From a virus (Duplodnaviria > Heunggongvirae > Uroviricota > Caudoviricetes), in the IMG/VR virus record IMGVR_UViG_3300013307_000015: DNA of 64,000 nucleotides. One strand, 5' to 3'. A program made the translations under genes and the position numbers. Shown here in pieces: positions 9,297 to 18,562 of this stretch. Under the pieces are notes generated by a model. That model searched no databases. It was given only the letters and a program-made list of their open reading frames with translations, and was not told where the DNA came from. The stretch's first letter is position 1. Every line of letters starts with the position of its first letter.

Positions 9297-9469
9297 TTCA
9301 CTATTTGTTTCACACCCCTGATGGCGTCATGCTTTTGATCGTCATCTGTTCTGTCGTCGGTTTCTTTATCGGCCGTACTCATCGACGTTACAAGAAGAGT
9401 CTTAAACATCGGACTCCTCATCGTAAGCTCGATGGTTTTCATCCAGCGGACAAGAAGAAAGATTTCTAA
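9293..9469 (+). CDS. small membrane protein (58 aa), not in ORF track
   Basis: ATGA overlap with tmk stop; hydrophobic LLIVICSVVGFFIG then basic tail. Confidence 0.35.
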   Translation: MIHYLFHTPDGVMLLIVICSVVGFFIGRTHRRYKKSLKHRTPHRKLDGFHPADKKKDF

Positions 9470-9595
9470 TTCGCTGGAAGATATTTGCGGTTTCCATCGT
9501 ACTTTATACGCCTCCTCTCCATCATGCGAAGCAGTATAGGCCAATTGAACTTGATTGACACAGGCAGCAGTGAGCGTAAGTCCTAGGAGATAATC

Positions 9596-9886
9596 GTGAG
9601 TATCACATCGCAGGAGCAACTCGCTCAACGCCTCGCCAGCGAATTGGCTCCACTTCGTCAGCTGAAACAAAGCGAGGACATGGAAGACTTCTATCAAGCG
9701 GTCGACTGGGTTCGTGGCAATTGTGCCTTTACGTCTGAAGGCGATGTGGTCTTTCACGGCGGCACGCAAGAAAGCATCCCGGTTCGTTGTCCGAACCTCT
9801 CCAAACGCGATCCGTTGTATCGGCTGCTCAAGGCAGAGGCGGAGCGCAACAACACGCACCTCAACCCGGCAGTCACCACTGCCTAA
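9596..9886 (+). CDS. hypothetical protein
   Basis: GTG start with RBS TAGGAGA. Confidence 0.45.
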   Translation: MSITSQEQLAQRLASELAPLRQLKQSEDMEDFYQAVDWVRGNCAFTSEGDVVFHGGTQESIPVRCPNLSKRDPLYRLLKAEAERNNTHLNPAVTTA

Positions 9887-9897
9887 GGAAAAGAAAG

Positions 9898-11205
9898 ATG
9901 GCTGACAAGAAGAAATATCCCGGCTGGATTCTGGCAATTGACGCTGATTACTGCAAGCGCTTTTTCACTCAAGGCTTCAACGTCATGTCGCTGTCGCGCT
10001 TCATCGACGGCTTGCCGGCCAAGCGCATCGATCCGAAGACGAACCAGCCGATCCTCTACACCGACGATCTGGCGTCGCGCGTCTTGATGCGTGAGCGGCA
10101 CCGGCTGGAGTTCGACAAGAACTACCTCCAGCCGCTGAACTACATGGTGCTCAAGCAGAGTCAACCGGTCGGGTTCGCCAATCGGGAAGGCGGCTTCTGT
10201 GCGGTCAAGCGCGAGGACTTCTTTTCGACGTACTACCGCAACAAGGGTGTCGGCGAAGACCGGCTGGCCGACAAGATGTCGGTCGGCTGGGGCGGTCACA
10301 GCGAACGCTTCAGCGGTGCGTTCAACGAAGTCGGTGCGTTGAATTACGTGGCGACGGCCGGCAGCAACATGATGACGGAACTGAACGAGGAATGCCGTCT
10401 CAGGGTGCCGGATACGCTCAGTCATGAGATCCCGTTCGAGAGCGTGCCGATCATCTTCAAGGGTTTCATCTGGGACATGTCGGACGACGTCGGTCAGCAT
10501 CACCTCGCACTCGTCTGGGAAGTCGCGGTGCCCGAAGCGGTGGTGCTGGAATCGCGTGAAGACGAACACAAGCTTGGCCCGTGGTGCAACCGTGCTGAAC
10601 TCATGGCTGACAAGAACAGCCGTGCTGACAAGTACGAGAACTGGTCGAAGATCGTGATCGATCAGATCTGTCTGGACGGTTGGGATCTGCTCGGCACCGA
10701 CAAAGACTGGATCTCGAAGGCCAACGCAGAAGCCGCTTATCAGACAGCTGAAGCTGAACTGGTTGACCAACCCACGGGACAGTCGACCGAAGGCGGTAAG
10801 TGGTTTCTCGATCACGCAGGCGACCGGGAACTGATCGATTTCATTGGTCAGTTCAACGTGAAGGCTTTCGCGAGCGGCTGGAAACACCAACGGGTGCGCG
10901 GCGCGATGGCCAACATCCTGAACGACAAGGATCGGGACGAGATCATCAGACTGCCGATGTCGGCCTTCACGTTCGAAGCCAATGGTGCGCTCGCCATTGC
11001 AAGAGGTCCGGTGATCGCGCTGAACAGCGAAGAAGAACCGGCCATCGATTTGCCGAATAACGGTACGATGGTGCTTGGTCTCGACGAAGGTTCGCCGCAA
11101 GGTGATCAGACGGCAATCGGCGGCGAAATCGTCAGCCCGACGAACATGTACCTGCAAATCGATCCGGTGGCGCAGCTGGCCGACGAAATCGGTCCGAAGG
11201 CGTAA
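9898..11205 (+). CDS. hypothetical protein (435 aa)
   Basis: RBS AAGGAAAAG before ATG 9898. The antisense 459-aa ORF is Arg-rich and judged spurious. Confidence 0.6.
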   Translation: MADKKKYPGWILAIDADYCKRFFTQGFNVMSLSRFIDGLPAKRIDPKTNQPILYTDDLASRVLMRERHRLEFDKNYLQPLNYMVLKQSQPVGFANREGGFCAVKREDFFSTYYRNKGVGEDRLADKMSVGWGGHSERFSGAFNEVGALNYVATAGSNMMTELNEECRLRVPDTLSHEIPFESVPIIFKGFIWDMSDDVGQHHLALVWEVAVPEAVVLESREDEHKLGPWCNRAELMADKNSRADKYENWSKIVIDQICLDGWDLLGTDKDWISKANAEAAYQTAEAELVDQPTGQSTEGGKWFLDHAGDRELIDFIGQFNVKAFASGWKHQRVRGAMANILNDKDRDEIIRLPMSAFTFEANGALAIARGPVIALNSEEEPAIDLPNNGTMVLGLDEGSPQGDQTAIGGEIVSPTNMYLQIDPVAQLADEIGPKA

Positions 11206-11216
11206 TTCGGCAACGT

Positions 11217-11248
11217 GAGAGAGGGTGGCTTCGGCCACTCTCTTTTTA
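11217..11248 (+). terminator. UUCG-loop hairpin + T-run, followed by TTTTTATTCCC box
   Basis: gagagggtggc-ttcg-gccactctc then TTTTT. Confidence 0.5.
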
Positions 11249-11291
11249 TTCCCTCGATGCATCTAGTGTCACGTGCGCACAAAGGACAATC

Positions 11292-11957
11292 ATGACAGAA
11301 AGAAAAGAGTTGGTGGAGCCGTCTGAATCGATTCCGCTGAAAGAACGGTTGGACATGGTTGGTGATTTCAACTATGGCGTACTCACGGCGCAAGTCAGCG
11401 ATTACGTGAATGCAGCAAAGAAACAACCCGTGATGGAGTATCTGAACGGAATTCTCGGTGTTTCGGAATTCATCACCAGCAAGCTGGATGAACTCGGTAT
11501 TCCGGACAAGAAGTCCGAGAAAGCCACGCCGTTCAATCAGCCGCTGGTGATGATGACGCCGGTTGATCGCGAAGAATTCCTCAACGTTCTGCGTGATCAA
11601 ATCAAGAACGTGAAGATCATGCCGACATCATCGGATGGTGTTTTCGGCGGACAGTCTCACTCGAAACCCTATTACATCCAGGCAAAGGACTTCGATCAGT
11701 TCCTCATCTCCTCGATGGGCAGAAGTGATTGGCCGACACTGCTGCGATGGGATGATGGTCCGGAGCCTTCGGAAGAACTTTGGGCAATGATTCCGGTCGA
11801 CGGGATTTACATCTTCGCGGCTCTGACATCGCTCAAGATCCATGTCTGTGTCTGGACCGAGGATGCAGAGCCGAGTATCAAGTCTTGGGAATGGGAAGAA
11901 GGACAGAGCCTTCCTGTTGATCGTCAAGAATTTCAAAAACGCATCGAACTGCTTTAA
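11292..11957 (+). CDS. hypothetical protein
   Basis: RBS AAAGGA before ATG. Confidence 0.55.
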   Translation: MTERKELVEPSESIPLKERLDMVGDFNYGVLTAQVSDYVNAAKKQPVMEYLNGILGVSEFITSKLDELGIPDKKSEKATPFNQPLVMMTPVDREEFLNVLRDQIKNVKIMPTSSDGVFGGQSHSKPYYIQAKDFDQFLISSMGRSDWPTLLRWDDGPEPSEELWAMIPVDGIYIFAALTSLKIHVCVWTEDAEPSIKSWEWEEGQSLPVDRQEFQKRIELL

Positions 11958-11966
11958 GGAACCGCA

Positions 11967-13190
11967 ATGCAATTCATCGTCAGCAAGATCCGCATCCCGC
12001 TCGGCGACGAGCACATGGTCACCAGTGTCAAGAGCGGCAACCTGCTCGAAATGACGCGGCATGAACCGGGTGCCAATCCGACCGACTCAATCGCAGAGAT
12101 CAAACTCATCAAGACCGATATCGAAGGGCAAGTCGTCGACGCGTTCAAAGCAACGACGCGCGAGATCGAACCGGCGACTTTCGGCATGGGGATGTACAAC
12201 CGCCTCACCGAAATCGACAACGCATCTTACGATGTCGAAAACGTACCGGCAGGTTACGCAATCGGCATGATCTTCTGGTCGACGGAAACCGGCGACTACC
12301 AGCTGCGTCCGTCGATGATCGCACGCGGCAAAGACTGGCAAGCTATCATTGAAGTCACCCGTACGGTTTCCCAGTTGAAAGTCGAAGAAAGCGAAATCAT
12401 CGACTGGGAGCGCATGTCGCGCGCTGATCGGATGGAGTTCGTGCTGCGCAAGTTCTCCGAGCTGCTCGACCAAGAGCCGCTCACGAAAGACGAAGCACTT
12501 CGTATTGCCACGCATCGCCACTACAAGGGCGGTCTGTATCGTGAACTCGGCAAGATTCGCAATGCCGATGACGGCGACGCCGCATCGCGCGTGCTCTACC
12601 TGCATCTGTTCCCGCACGAGAACAGTGCATGGCATCGTGACGCAGAAGAATTCCACGGCTTTCTCAATACCGGTACGCAGCGTTTTGCACCGATCGAAGA
12701 TACGTTGCCGTTCATCCTGAATGACGACGGCTTGTCGACGGAAATCAAGGTCGTGCTGCGCCAACTCGATGACAAGCCCGAAACGGGTAAGGTCTTCTTC
12801 GGCGGCTCGGATGTCGACAAACATCTGACCGAACTGAACGAGCGCGCTCGCTCGGAACTGCTCATCGGTGAGTACGATCATCCGGAATACGATCAAGCCG
12901 ATGAGCGCCGCTGGTATGCGTTGCAGAACGAGCGCGCGTGCTGCCGTTTCATGGGCTTCTCGGTGTCAGACGTCACGACGCTCAAGGGCAAACGTGTCAA
13001 GGCGCTGGTCGCGAAGGTGCAACCGTACGGCCCATTGGCCATGGACTTCATGCAAGCCATGCGTACTTCGATGGTTGGCTTCGGCATGCGCGCCATGTGC
13101 ATGGACACGGTCGAAGATCTGGGCGATGGCAAGCTCGTCAACTATCGAACGGTCGATAAGATCATCACGTTCGACTTCGTGAAGAAGTAA
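11967..13190 (+). CDS. hypothetical protein with DUF1653-like segment (HRHYKGGLYREL)
   Basis: RBS AAGGAA. The YRHYKG-type motif is the only recognisable feature. Confidence 0.55.
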   Translation: MQFIVSKIRIPLGDEHMVTSVKSGNLLEMTRHEPGANPTDSIAEIKLIKTDIEGQVVDAFKATTREIEPATFGMGMYNRLTEIDNASYDVENVPAGYAIGMIFWSTETGDYQLRPSMIARGKDWQAIIEVTRTVSQLKVEESEIIDWERMSRADRMEFVLRKFSELLDQEPLTKDEALRIATHRHYKGGLYRELGKIRNADDGDAASRVLYLHLFPHENSAWHRDAEEFHGFLNTGTQRFAPIEDTLPFILNDDGLSTEIKVVLRQLDDKPETGKVFFGGSDVDKHLTELNERARSELLIGEYDHPEYDQADERRWYALQNERACCRFMGFSVSDVTTLKGKRVKALVAKVQPYGPLAMDFMQAMRTSMVGFGMRAMCMDTVEDLGDGKLVNYRTVDKIITFDFVKK

Positions 13191-13198
13191 AGTGACGT

Positions 13199-13218
13199 GC
13201 GGGGGATTCGTCCCCCGC
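13199..13218 (+). terminator. hairpin gcggggga-ttcg-tcccccgc
   Basis: GC stem with UUCG loop, no strong T-run. Confidence 0.3.
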
Positions 13219-13234
13219 CGGATGAGGAGGCTCT

Positions 13235-14110
13235 ATGGGCTTAGATGTGTCGCTGTATAAGTGTCCTAACCTCAACTACGCGATGAAGATGGAGCAGGCG
13301 TATGAAGCGGCTTTGGATCAAGTCTACGAAGAGTGGAATGATTTCTGCAAGAATCATTCGCCGACACAGCAAGAAGAGGATGAATTCAACAAGAAACGAA
13401 TGGCATTGAAGGACAAGTTCGAGATCGAGGGCTACAACCACAAGAGCCTCGAACGGATTCGGTTTGATTCGAGGACGGAACCGGAGCATCTCTTCAAGAT
13501 CGGCTATATGCGCTCCAGCTACAACGGAGCAGGGATCAACTCGGTAGCGAATGTATTTGGTCTGCCTGATCTGTACACGATCTTCGAGATCGACAACGAA
13601 GATTACTTTCAGGAACACGATTGGGACGTCATTTACCAGAACGTGAAGGACGCACTGGAGAAGTGGCAAGCACATGCGAGTAGTCCGGCTGGTAAGTATT
13701 GGGTGCATACCTTCCGTCCGAGACTTAACAGTAGTAAACTCAGCACTACTGGCCAATTGATTCCGGAAGGCATCACCAGCGAACACGAAGCAATTGAGCG
13801 TCTGAACGAGAACTACCTGAAGAAGAAGGAAGAGATCGACAAAGACGAATGGCGCTTGTCGGGATGGACAAGCCATAAAGGCGAGTTTTATCCCAAGCCA
13901 CTGAAAGTCGCTGCTATCGTCGCTGGTACTTGGAATCCTGAGCAGCCGCTTCATTTTCGCAATATGCCAGTAACGTATCTGGTGTGTGAGCGAGAAAACG
14001 AGGATACCATTCAGTGGTACGTCACAGCACTCCAGATCGTTCAAGAGATGGTTGAATGGATTCTGGAGCATCCGGATAAGGATCAGTTCTTCACAGGCTG
14101 GTCAGGTTAA
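13235..14110 (+). CDS. hypothetical protein
   Basis: RBS GAGGAGG. Confidence 0.6.
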   Translation: MGLDVSLYKCPNLNYAMKMEQAYEAALDQVYEEWNDFCKNHSPTQQEEDEFNKKRMALKDKFEIEGYNHKSLERIRFDSRTEPEHLFKIGYMRSSYNGAGINSVANVFGLPDLYTIFEIDNEDYFQEHDWDVIYQNVKDALEKWQAHASSPAGKYWVHTFRPRLNSSKLSTTGQLIPEGITSEHEAIERLNENYLKKKEEIDKDEWRLSGWTSHKGEFYPKPLKVAAIVAGTWNPEQPLHFRNMPVTYLVCERENEDTIQWYVTALQIVQEMVEWILEHPDKDQFFTGWSG

Positions 14111-14124
14111 GAAAGGAGAAAGCA

Positions 14125-14631
14125 ATGTCGATCTGGTCGGAAAGTAGATTGAAGTGGGAAATCGAGAATGGTCCGTTCTCGTATTTCAAAAAGTTCAAGG
14201 AGGAGCACGAGTCTCGCCTTAAGGAAGCGAAGACTACTGAAGATACCGAAGCATTGGAGCTTGCCAAAGACGCCATCGTGTCGATACCGGCACGTTACGT
14301 TTGCTGGAACAGCGACAACAACATGCCGATGGAACTGGATGGTCGATTGGTCAACAGATACGGTGACGGCCAATTCGTTTTCCGGTGTGACTTTGCGTTG
14401 CCTACTCCGGCGACCAAGACATATGCAATGCTGTTCGGACTCGACGTCGTCTTCGTACCGTTCTTTGAGTCCGAATTCTGTCTTCTCGATGTTCGTTCCT
14501 TCAGAGGCATCTTCGAGTGGATGACATCCAATGTTCCGGAAAACGAGAAAAGCTCGCTACCGGAACAACTGGAGAAGGAACTGCGTGCGTACCAACGTTA
14601 CCTTTCATTCGAGGGCTATGACACGGAGTAA
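14125..14631 (+). CDS. hypothetical protein
   Basis: RBS AAGGAGAA. Confidence 0.6.
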   Translation: MSIWSESRLKWEIENGPFSYFKKFKEEHESRLKEAKTTEDTEALELAKDAIVSIPARYVCWNSDNNMPMELDGRLVNRYGDGQFVFRCDFALPTPATKTYAMLFGLDVVFVPFFESEFCLLDVRSFRGIFEWMTSNVPENEKSSLPEQLEKELRAYQRYLSFEGYDTE

Positions 14632-14635
14632 CACC

Positions 14636-15007
14636 ATGGAAGAAGACGAGGTCAGAAGACCGACTCACGATCTGTTTTGTCGGCAGTGTATCGCAGACAG
14701 TCCCAACACGCATGTATCGTGGTTTCTGATGGCCTCATTCGCGTACTACTTCCTGAACGAGTCCCTCATTACCGATGCGTTGTACGATGAGATTTACCAG
14801 TGGCTGGAGAAGAACATCGAACAAATCGATCACGTCCACAAACATCTCATCGAAAAGGACATGTTCTCAATTGGCAGTGCGTACTACTTGAGAGAATATC
14901 CGAAGATCATTCAGGTATCGACGCACAACTTGCTTGATAACTTGCGCTTAACAGCAGCACCGCAACCGAGGGATTTATGGAAAAGGAAAACCTGCCCTAC
15001 GCAGTAG
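14636..15007 (+). CDS. hypothetical protein (weak resemblance to LigA adenylation-domain N-terminal helix: AYYFLNESLITDALYDEIY)
   Basis: RBS ACGGAG before ATG 14636. Confidence 0.45.
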   Translation: MEEDEVRRPTHDLFCRQCIADSPNTHVSWFLMASFAYYFLNESLITDALYDEIYQWLEKNIEQIDHVHKHLIEKDMFSIGSAYYLREYPKIIQVSTHNLLDNLRLTAAPQPRDLWKRKTCPTQ

Positions 15008-15213
15008 TGCAGCGCTTGCGACTGGTTGACATCTTGCTCGACCAGCAGGGCTTTATCAATCGCGGAGTATTGATGGAATACTTCGGGATTTCGATGCCAG
15101 CCGCGAGCAACGATCTCGGACTGTACAAAGAGATCGCTCCGAACAACATGACGTACGACTTGTCGAATAAGGCGTACGTGAGAACCGAAACCTTTCAACG
15201 GGTCTGGAAATGA
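14977..15213 (+). CDS. small HTH (HTH_11/DeoR-WYL-type) DNA-binding protein
   Basis: VQRLRLVDILLDQQGFINRGVLMEYFGISMPAASNDL fits HTH_11 pattern; overlaps neighbours by ATGA. Confidence 0.45.
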   Translation: MEKENLPYAVVQRLRLVDILLDQQGFINRGVLMEYFGISMPAASNDLGLYKEIAPNNMTYDLSNKAYVRTETFQRVWK

Positions 15214-15821
15214 AATTCATCTTCAACGATCGCAATCGAGCGATTTGCGATGTGTTTAGCCACGCATTGCAAGGTACTCTGCCCAATCTCGAAGTACGGC
15301 ATTGCAACTTCGAAGCCATTTCGAAGGACGATTACAAGATCCTTTTTACCCCCGGTAATTCGTACGGACAGATGACCGGGGGTTTCGATTTGGCAGTACG
15401 TAACGTCTGGCCGGCTGCTGAAGCCTATGTTCAAATGGCAATTAGCGAGTCCCGAAATGGGATGTTGGCGGTTGGTGATTACGTGATGGTTGGCTTGCAT
15501 GCGGCTATGTCTTTGATTCCGCAAAAGCGCCTCATCTACACGCCGACCATGCGCATCCCGATGGTGATTGCCGGTACGGAAAACGTCTACTGGGCGTATC
15601 GCGCTGCCTTCCAAGCATTAGAAGGAGCGGCGCGCGGGATGATCTTCACTGATGAAGACGCTGTGCTCATCCCTGCTTTTGGGACGAGTGCCGGTCACAT
15701 GGACCCGCTCAAAGCTGCGATGCAGTGCAGGCTGGCATACGAGCACGTCCATCGTCCGCCAGTCGAAGTAACGAGCCAGCAGATGTTTGCTGACCATCAA
15801 GCCATTGCTCAATGGATCTGA
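15210..15821 (+). CDS. macro-domain protein (ADP-ribose binding/hydrolase, MacroD-like)
   Basis: ILFTPGNSYGQMTGGFDLAV resembles NAANxxLxGGGGVDGAI. LIPAFGTSAGHMDP resembles the macro-domain AFPAISTGVYGYP motif. Confidence 0.55.
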   Translation: MKFIFNDRNRAICDVFSHALQGTLPNLEVRHCNFEAISKDDYKILFTPGNSYGQMTGGFDLAVRNVWPAAEAYVQMAISESRNGMLAVGDYVMVGLHAAMSLIPQKRLIYTPTMRIPMVIAGTENVYWAYRAAFQALEGAARGMIFTDEDAVLIPAFGTSAGHMDPLKAAMQCRLAYEHVHRPPVEVTSQQMFADHQAIAQWI

Positions 15822-15822
15822 T

Positions 15823-16116
15823 ATGAAATTTGCCATTGCACTGGAGAAGGACGATCCAGCTAGGGCCGACATCATCACGCCCGTGTACGGCGTGACGATT
15901 CCCGATCTGCCCGGTTGCCACTCGTGGGGCGATACCGTCGAGCAGGCCCTCGAAAACTCGAAGGAAGCCATCTTCGAGCATGTGCAGATCCTGCATCAGT
16001 TCGACGAGCAGTTCAGCCTCAAGCAGCAACCCATCGCCAAGCACCGGCTCAATCCGGAATTTGCCAAGGCAGAGTGGCATGAGGTCGAAGTCGATCTGTC
16101 TCAATTCGGACGGTAA
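15823..16116 (+). CDS. HicB-like antitoxin-fold protein (UPF0150), orphan
   Basis: MKFAIALEKDDPARADIITPVYGVTIPDLPGCHSWGDTVEQALENSKEAI matches the classic HicB N-domain; no adjacent HicA. Confidence 0.65.
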   Translation: MKFAIALEKDDPARADIITPVYGVTIPDLPGCHSWGDTVEQALENSKEAIFEHVQILHQFDEQFSLKQQPIAKHRLNPEFAKAEWHEVEVDLSQFGR

Positions 16117-16117
16117 C

Positions 16118-16435
16118 ATGAAACAAGCTGACGTTTTGGACGCGCTGGGTAAGACAGTCGTTGTCAATTCCCGACGGGATCTTGGCATCGATCCTGACAT
16201 GCGTCGCATCATCGGTCAGGAATGCGAAGTTGTTAAGCAGTGTAAGAGCGGCCTTGTGCAGATCAAGCACGGCAAAAGCTTTTACTCTGTTCCCCTTATC
16301 AATCTTGACTTGAAAATCACTGTAACGTTCGATGGTTGGAGTAAATGTGATTCGGGTATGGGGTGCGTAGAAACGGGCGTTTGCTATGCAATGGCGCATG
16401 GCGAACCGGATCAATGCGGCATGAAAAAGGAATAA
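16118..16435 (+). CDS. hypothetical protein
   Basis: ATG 1 nt after previous stop. Confidence 0.45.
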   Translation: MKQADVLDALGKTVVVNSRRDLGIDPDMRRIIGQECEVVKQCKSGLVQIKHGKSFYSVPLINLDLKITVTFDGWSKCDSGMGCVETGVCYAMAHGEPDQCGMKKE

Positions 16436-16437
16436 AC

Positions 16438-17529
16438 ATGGAACAAAACTATCTGAATACGATACAAGACGTGCTGGATAACGGCACATGGCAGAAAAAC
16501 GAACGCACGGGGGAATTGTGCTGTACCCTCGACGGCGCAATCACGCGCTTTGACATCAGTCAAGCGTTCACGTGTGCGGTCACGACGAAGAAGCTCGCGT
16601 GGAAGTCGATCACGGGTGAATTCTGCGGCTTCCTGCGTGGCGTAACGAGCGCTGCTGACTTCCGCTCATTCGGCTCGAAGGTGTGGGACCAGAACGCCAA
16701 CGAGAACGCTCAGTGGCTCGCCAATGCCTTCCGTAAAGGCGAAGATGACCTGGGCGACGTGTATGGTGCGCAATGGCGCAGATGGCCGGCATATAAGTTC
16801 TTTGACTGTCATCCCTCGTCCGGCGTCATCAAGAAGATCGAAGCCGATGGTTGGGTGTATCGCGGCCAAGTTGGCGAAAACATGTCGCGTGATGCCGACG
16901 AATTCAAAACCGAAGGGTATCTGTGGTCGAAGGAAGTCGACCAACTCGGCGAGTGCATCAAGAAGTTGATCCTCAATCCGTCCGATCGCCGGATTCTCTT
17001 CCATGGCTGGAATCCGGCCAAGCTCGACGAGATCGCACTGCCGGCGTGTCACTTGCTGTACCAGTTCCTGCCGAACGTCACCAAGGGCGAACTGTCGCTC
17101 GCCATCTATATCCGCAGCTGGGACACCTTCCTTGGCGGCCCTTTCAACATCGCTGAAGGCGGCCTGCTGCTCGAACTCGTCTCGCGTCTGACGGGCTTTA
17201 AGCCCAAGCGTGTGACGATCTTCTCGGGCGACACCCACGTGTACGAAAATCATCTGCCCATGGTCGAGGAACAGCTGAGTCGTAGCCCGCTTGGTCCGCC
17301 GCAACTGGATATCAATGATCGTATTCCGTATTTCAACGCTACGCTCACTCGCTTCAAAGACGAGCATGGCGAAGAACTGCACGATCTTGATCCGTTGGAA
17401 TTTGACAAACGGGCACGGGAACACGCAATCTCGGTTGCGATCGAATGGCTCGACAAAGTCGAACCGACGGACTTTACGCTGCCCGACTACATCCATCATC
17501 CGGAACTGAAAGCACCCATGGCGGTGTAG
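16438..17529 (+). CDS. thyA: thymidylate synthase ThyA-family (dUMP-specific; TS or dUMP hydroxymethylase), with insertions
   Basis: ERTG, VYGAQWRRWP, SDRRILFHGWNP, PACHLLYQF, YIRSWDTFLGGPFNIAE (Asn retained), GDTHVYENH, C-terminal KAPMAV. Confidence 0.85.
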   Translation: MEQNYLNTIQDVLDNGTWQKNERTGELCCTLDGAITRFDISQAFTCAVTTKKLAWKSITGEFCGFLRGVTSAADFRSFGSKVWDQNANENAQWLANAFRKGEDDLGDVYGAQWRRWPAYKFFDCHPSSGVIKKIEADGWVYRGQVGENMSRDADEFKTEGYLWSKEVDQLGECIKKLILNPSDRRILFHGWNPAKLDEIALPACHLLYQFLPNVTKGELSLAIYIRSWDTFLGGPFNIAEGGLLLELVSRLTGFKPKRVTIFSGDTHVYENHLPMVEEQLSRSPLGPPQLDINDRIPYFNATLTRFKDEHGEELHDLDPLEFDKRAREHAISVAIEWLDKVEPTDFTLPDYIHHPELKAPMAV

Positions 17530-17556
17530 CTCTAAAAACTCATCGGCTGGAGCATT

Positions 17557-17862
17557 ATGTGGAAGGCTGCAAAGTCTTCCACTCGTACGAAAGCAAAAAA
17601 GGAGACCGCGATGTCGGCTGCTTTGATGGGGGTTGTAGGTGAAACATTGGGGTTGATCCAAGAGAAACTTTTCCACGGACATTTCGACGCATCGGAGCGC
17701 GAAGAAATATACGGGGATGCGAGGGAGCTACTCTTCAACAACAAAATCCCGCCAGAGGAATCCAAGCTGCGCGCGAAGTCGCTCGATGAACTGGAATCGA
17801 GATATCCGGAACTCGTGTCCTATCTCATCTCCGGCAAGCTAACTTCGGTTCGTTGGTGCTAA
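17557..17862 (+). CDS. hypothetical protein
   Basis: RBS GGAG before ATG. Confidence 0.45.
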   Translation: MWKAAKSSTRTKAKKETAMSAALMGVVGETLGLIQEKLFHGHFDASEREEIYGDARELLFNNKIPPEESKLRAKSLDELESRYPELVSYLISGKLTSVRWC

Positions 17863-17991
17863 TCCAACAAGGGGGTTCCGAAAGGAACCCCTGATATGCT
17901 GTTAAGTGGTAGAACTTGGTATGTGTTTTTAATATGCCAAGGCATGGTTTGTAGCTGTATGTTCGAAGTGCAACCAAAGGAAAGACAAGAA

Positions 17992-18555
17992 ATGGCAAAC
18001 GACGCTAAGAAAGCCGCTCCGGCAAATAAAGAAACCGCAATGGGTTCGGCGCTGAAAGATGCACTGGCTAAGAGCGGGGGTCTGAAAACCGTACACACGA
18101 AACCGACTTCGAAGAAGAAAGAAAAGCCGTACAAACAAACCTACGAAGAAGGCACTGCACAAAGCGCAGAACAGACCAAAGCCGCATCTGCTGAACCGCA
18201 GAAGGTCAAGAAGGGTGAAGCACCGGATGCGAAGAAAGCCATCACGACGGTGGCTCGCAAGATCGCCAGGAAGGTGAGCACCAAGAAGCCCAACGCTCCG
18301 GGTGTTGCCAAACCGACCAACGCTCCGGCTCCCGAGAACAAGCCGGCTGAAAAGCCGTACTCGCCGTCGGTGGTCAAGGCGTACAAGGAGCAACTCACGC
18401 ATGAGCTGAAAGCGCTCATCCGTAAGGCTGACGATGCGGGTCTGCTCATCCACATCCCGATCGTCAATGGTCGTCCGTTCGTAAAGTTCCACGACAAGGC
18501 CACCTACAAGCCCAAACAACCAGTCAAGCAAGAACAACAGCAAAAGACGGCATAA
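17992..18555 (+). CDS. Lys/Ala/Pro-rich basic protein (histone H1-like, possible DNA-binding)
   Basis: RBS AAGGAAAG; KKAAPANKETA...KKKEKPYK low-complexity basic repeats. Confidence 0.5.
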   Translation: MANDAKKAAPANKETAMGSALKDALAKSGGLKTVHTKPTSKKKEKPYKQTYEEGTAQSAEQTKAASAEPQKVKKGEAPDAKKAITTVARKIARKVSTKKPNAPGVAKPTNAPAPENKPAEKPYSPSVVKAYKEQLTHELKALIRKADDAGLLIHIPIVNGRPFVKFHDKATYKPKQPVKQEQQQKTA

Positions 18556-18562
18556 AGTCGAC

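Noticed and set aside
9555-9583. Sigma-70-like promoter (perfect TTGACA at 9555-9560)
   Set aside because: No acceptable -10 hexamer 16-18 bp downstream (AAGTCC / GTAAGT), so not called; may still be a weak promoter.
9883-11262. 459-aa - strand ORF
   Set aside because: Antisense to the RBS-preceded + gene 9898-11205; Arg-rich, no motifs, opposite to the uniform gene orientation.
14636-15007. NAD-dependent DNA ligase N-terminal domain
   Set aside because: Only a single helix-like AYYxLxxSxIxDAxYD pattern matches; 123 aa is far too small for a ligase, and no adenylation KxDG motif is present.
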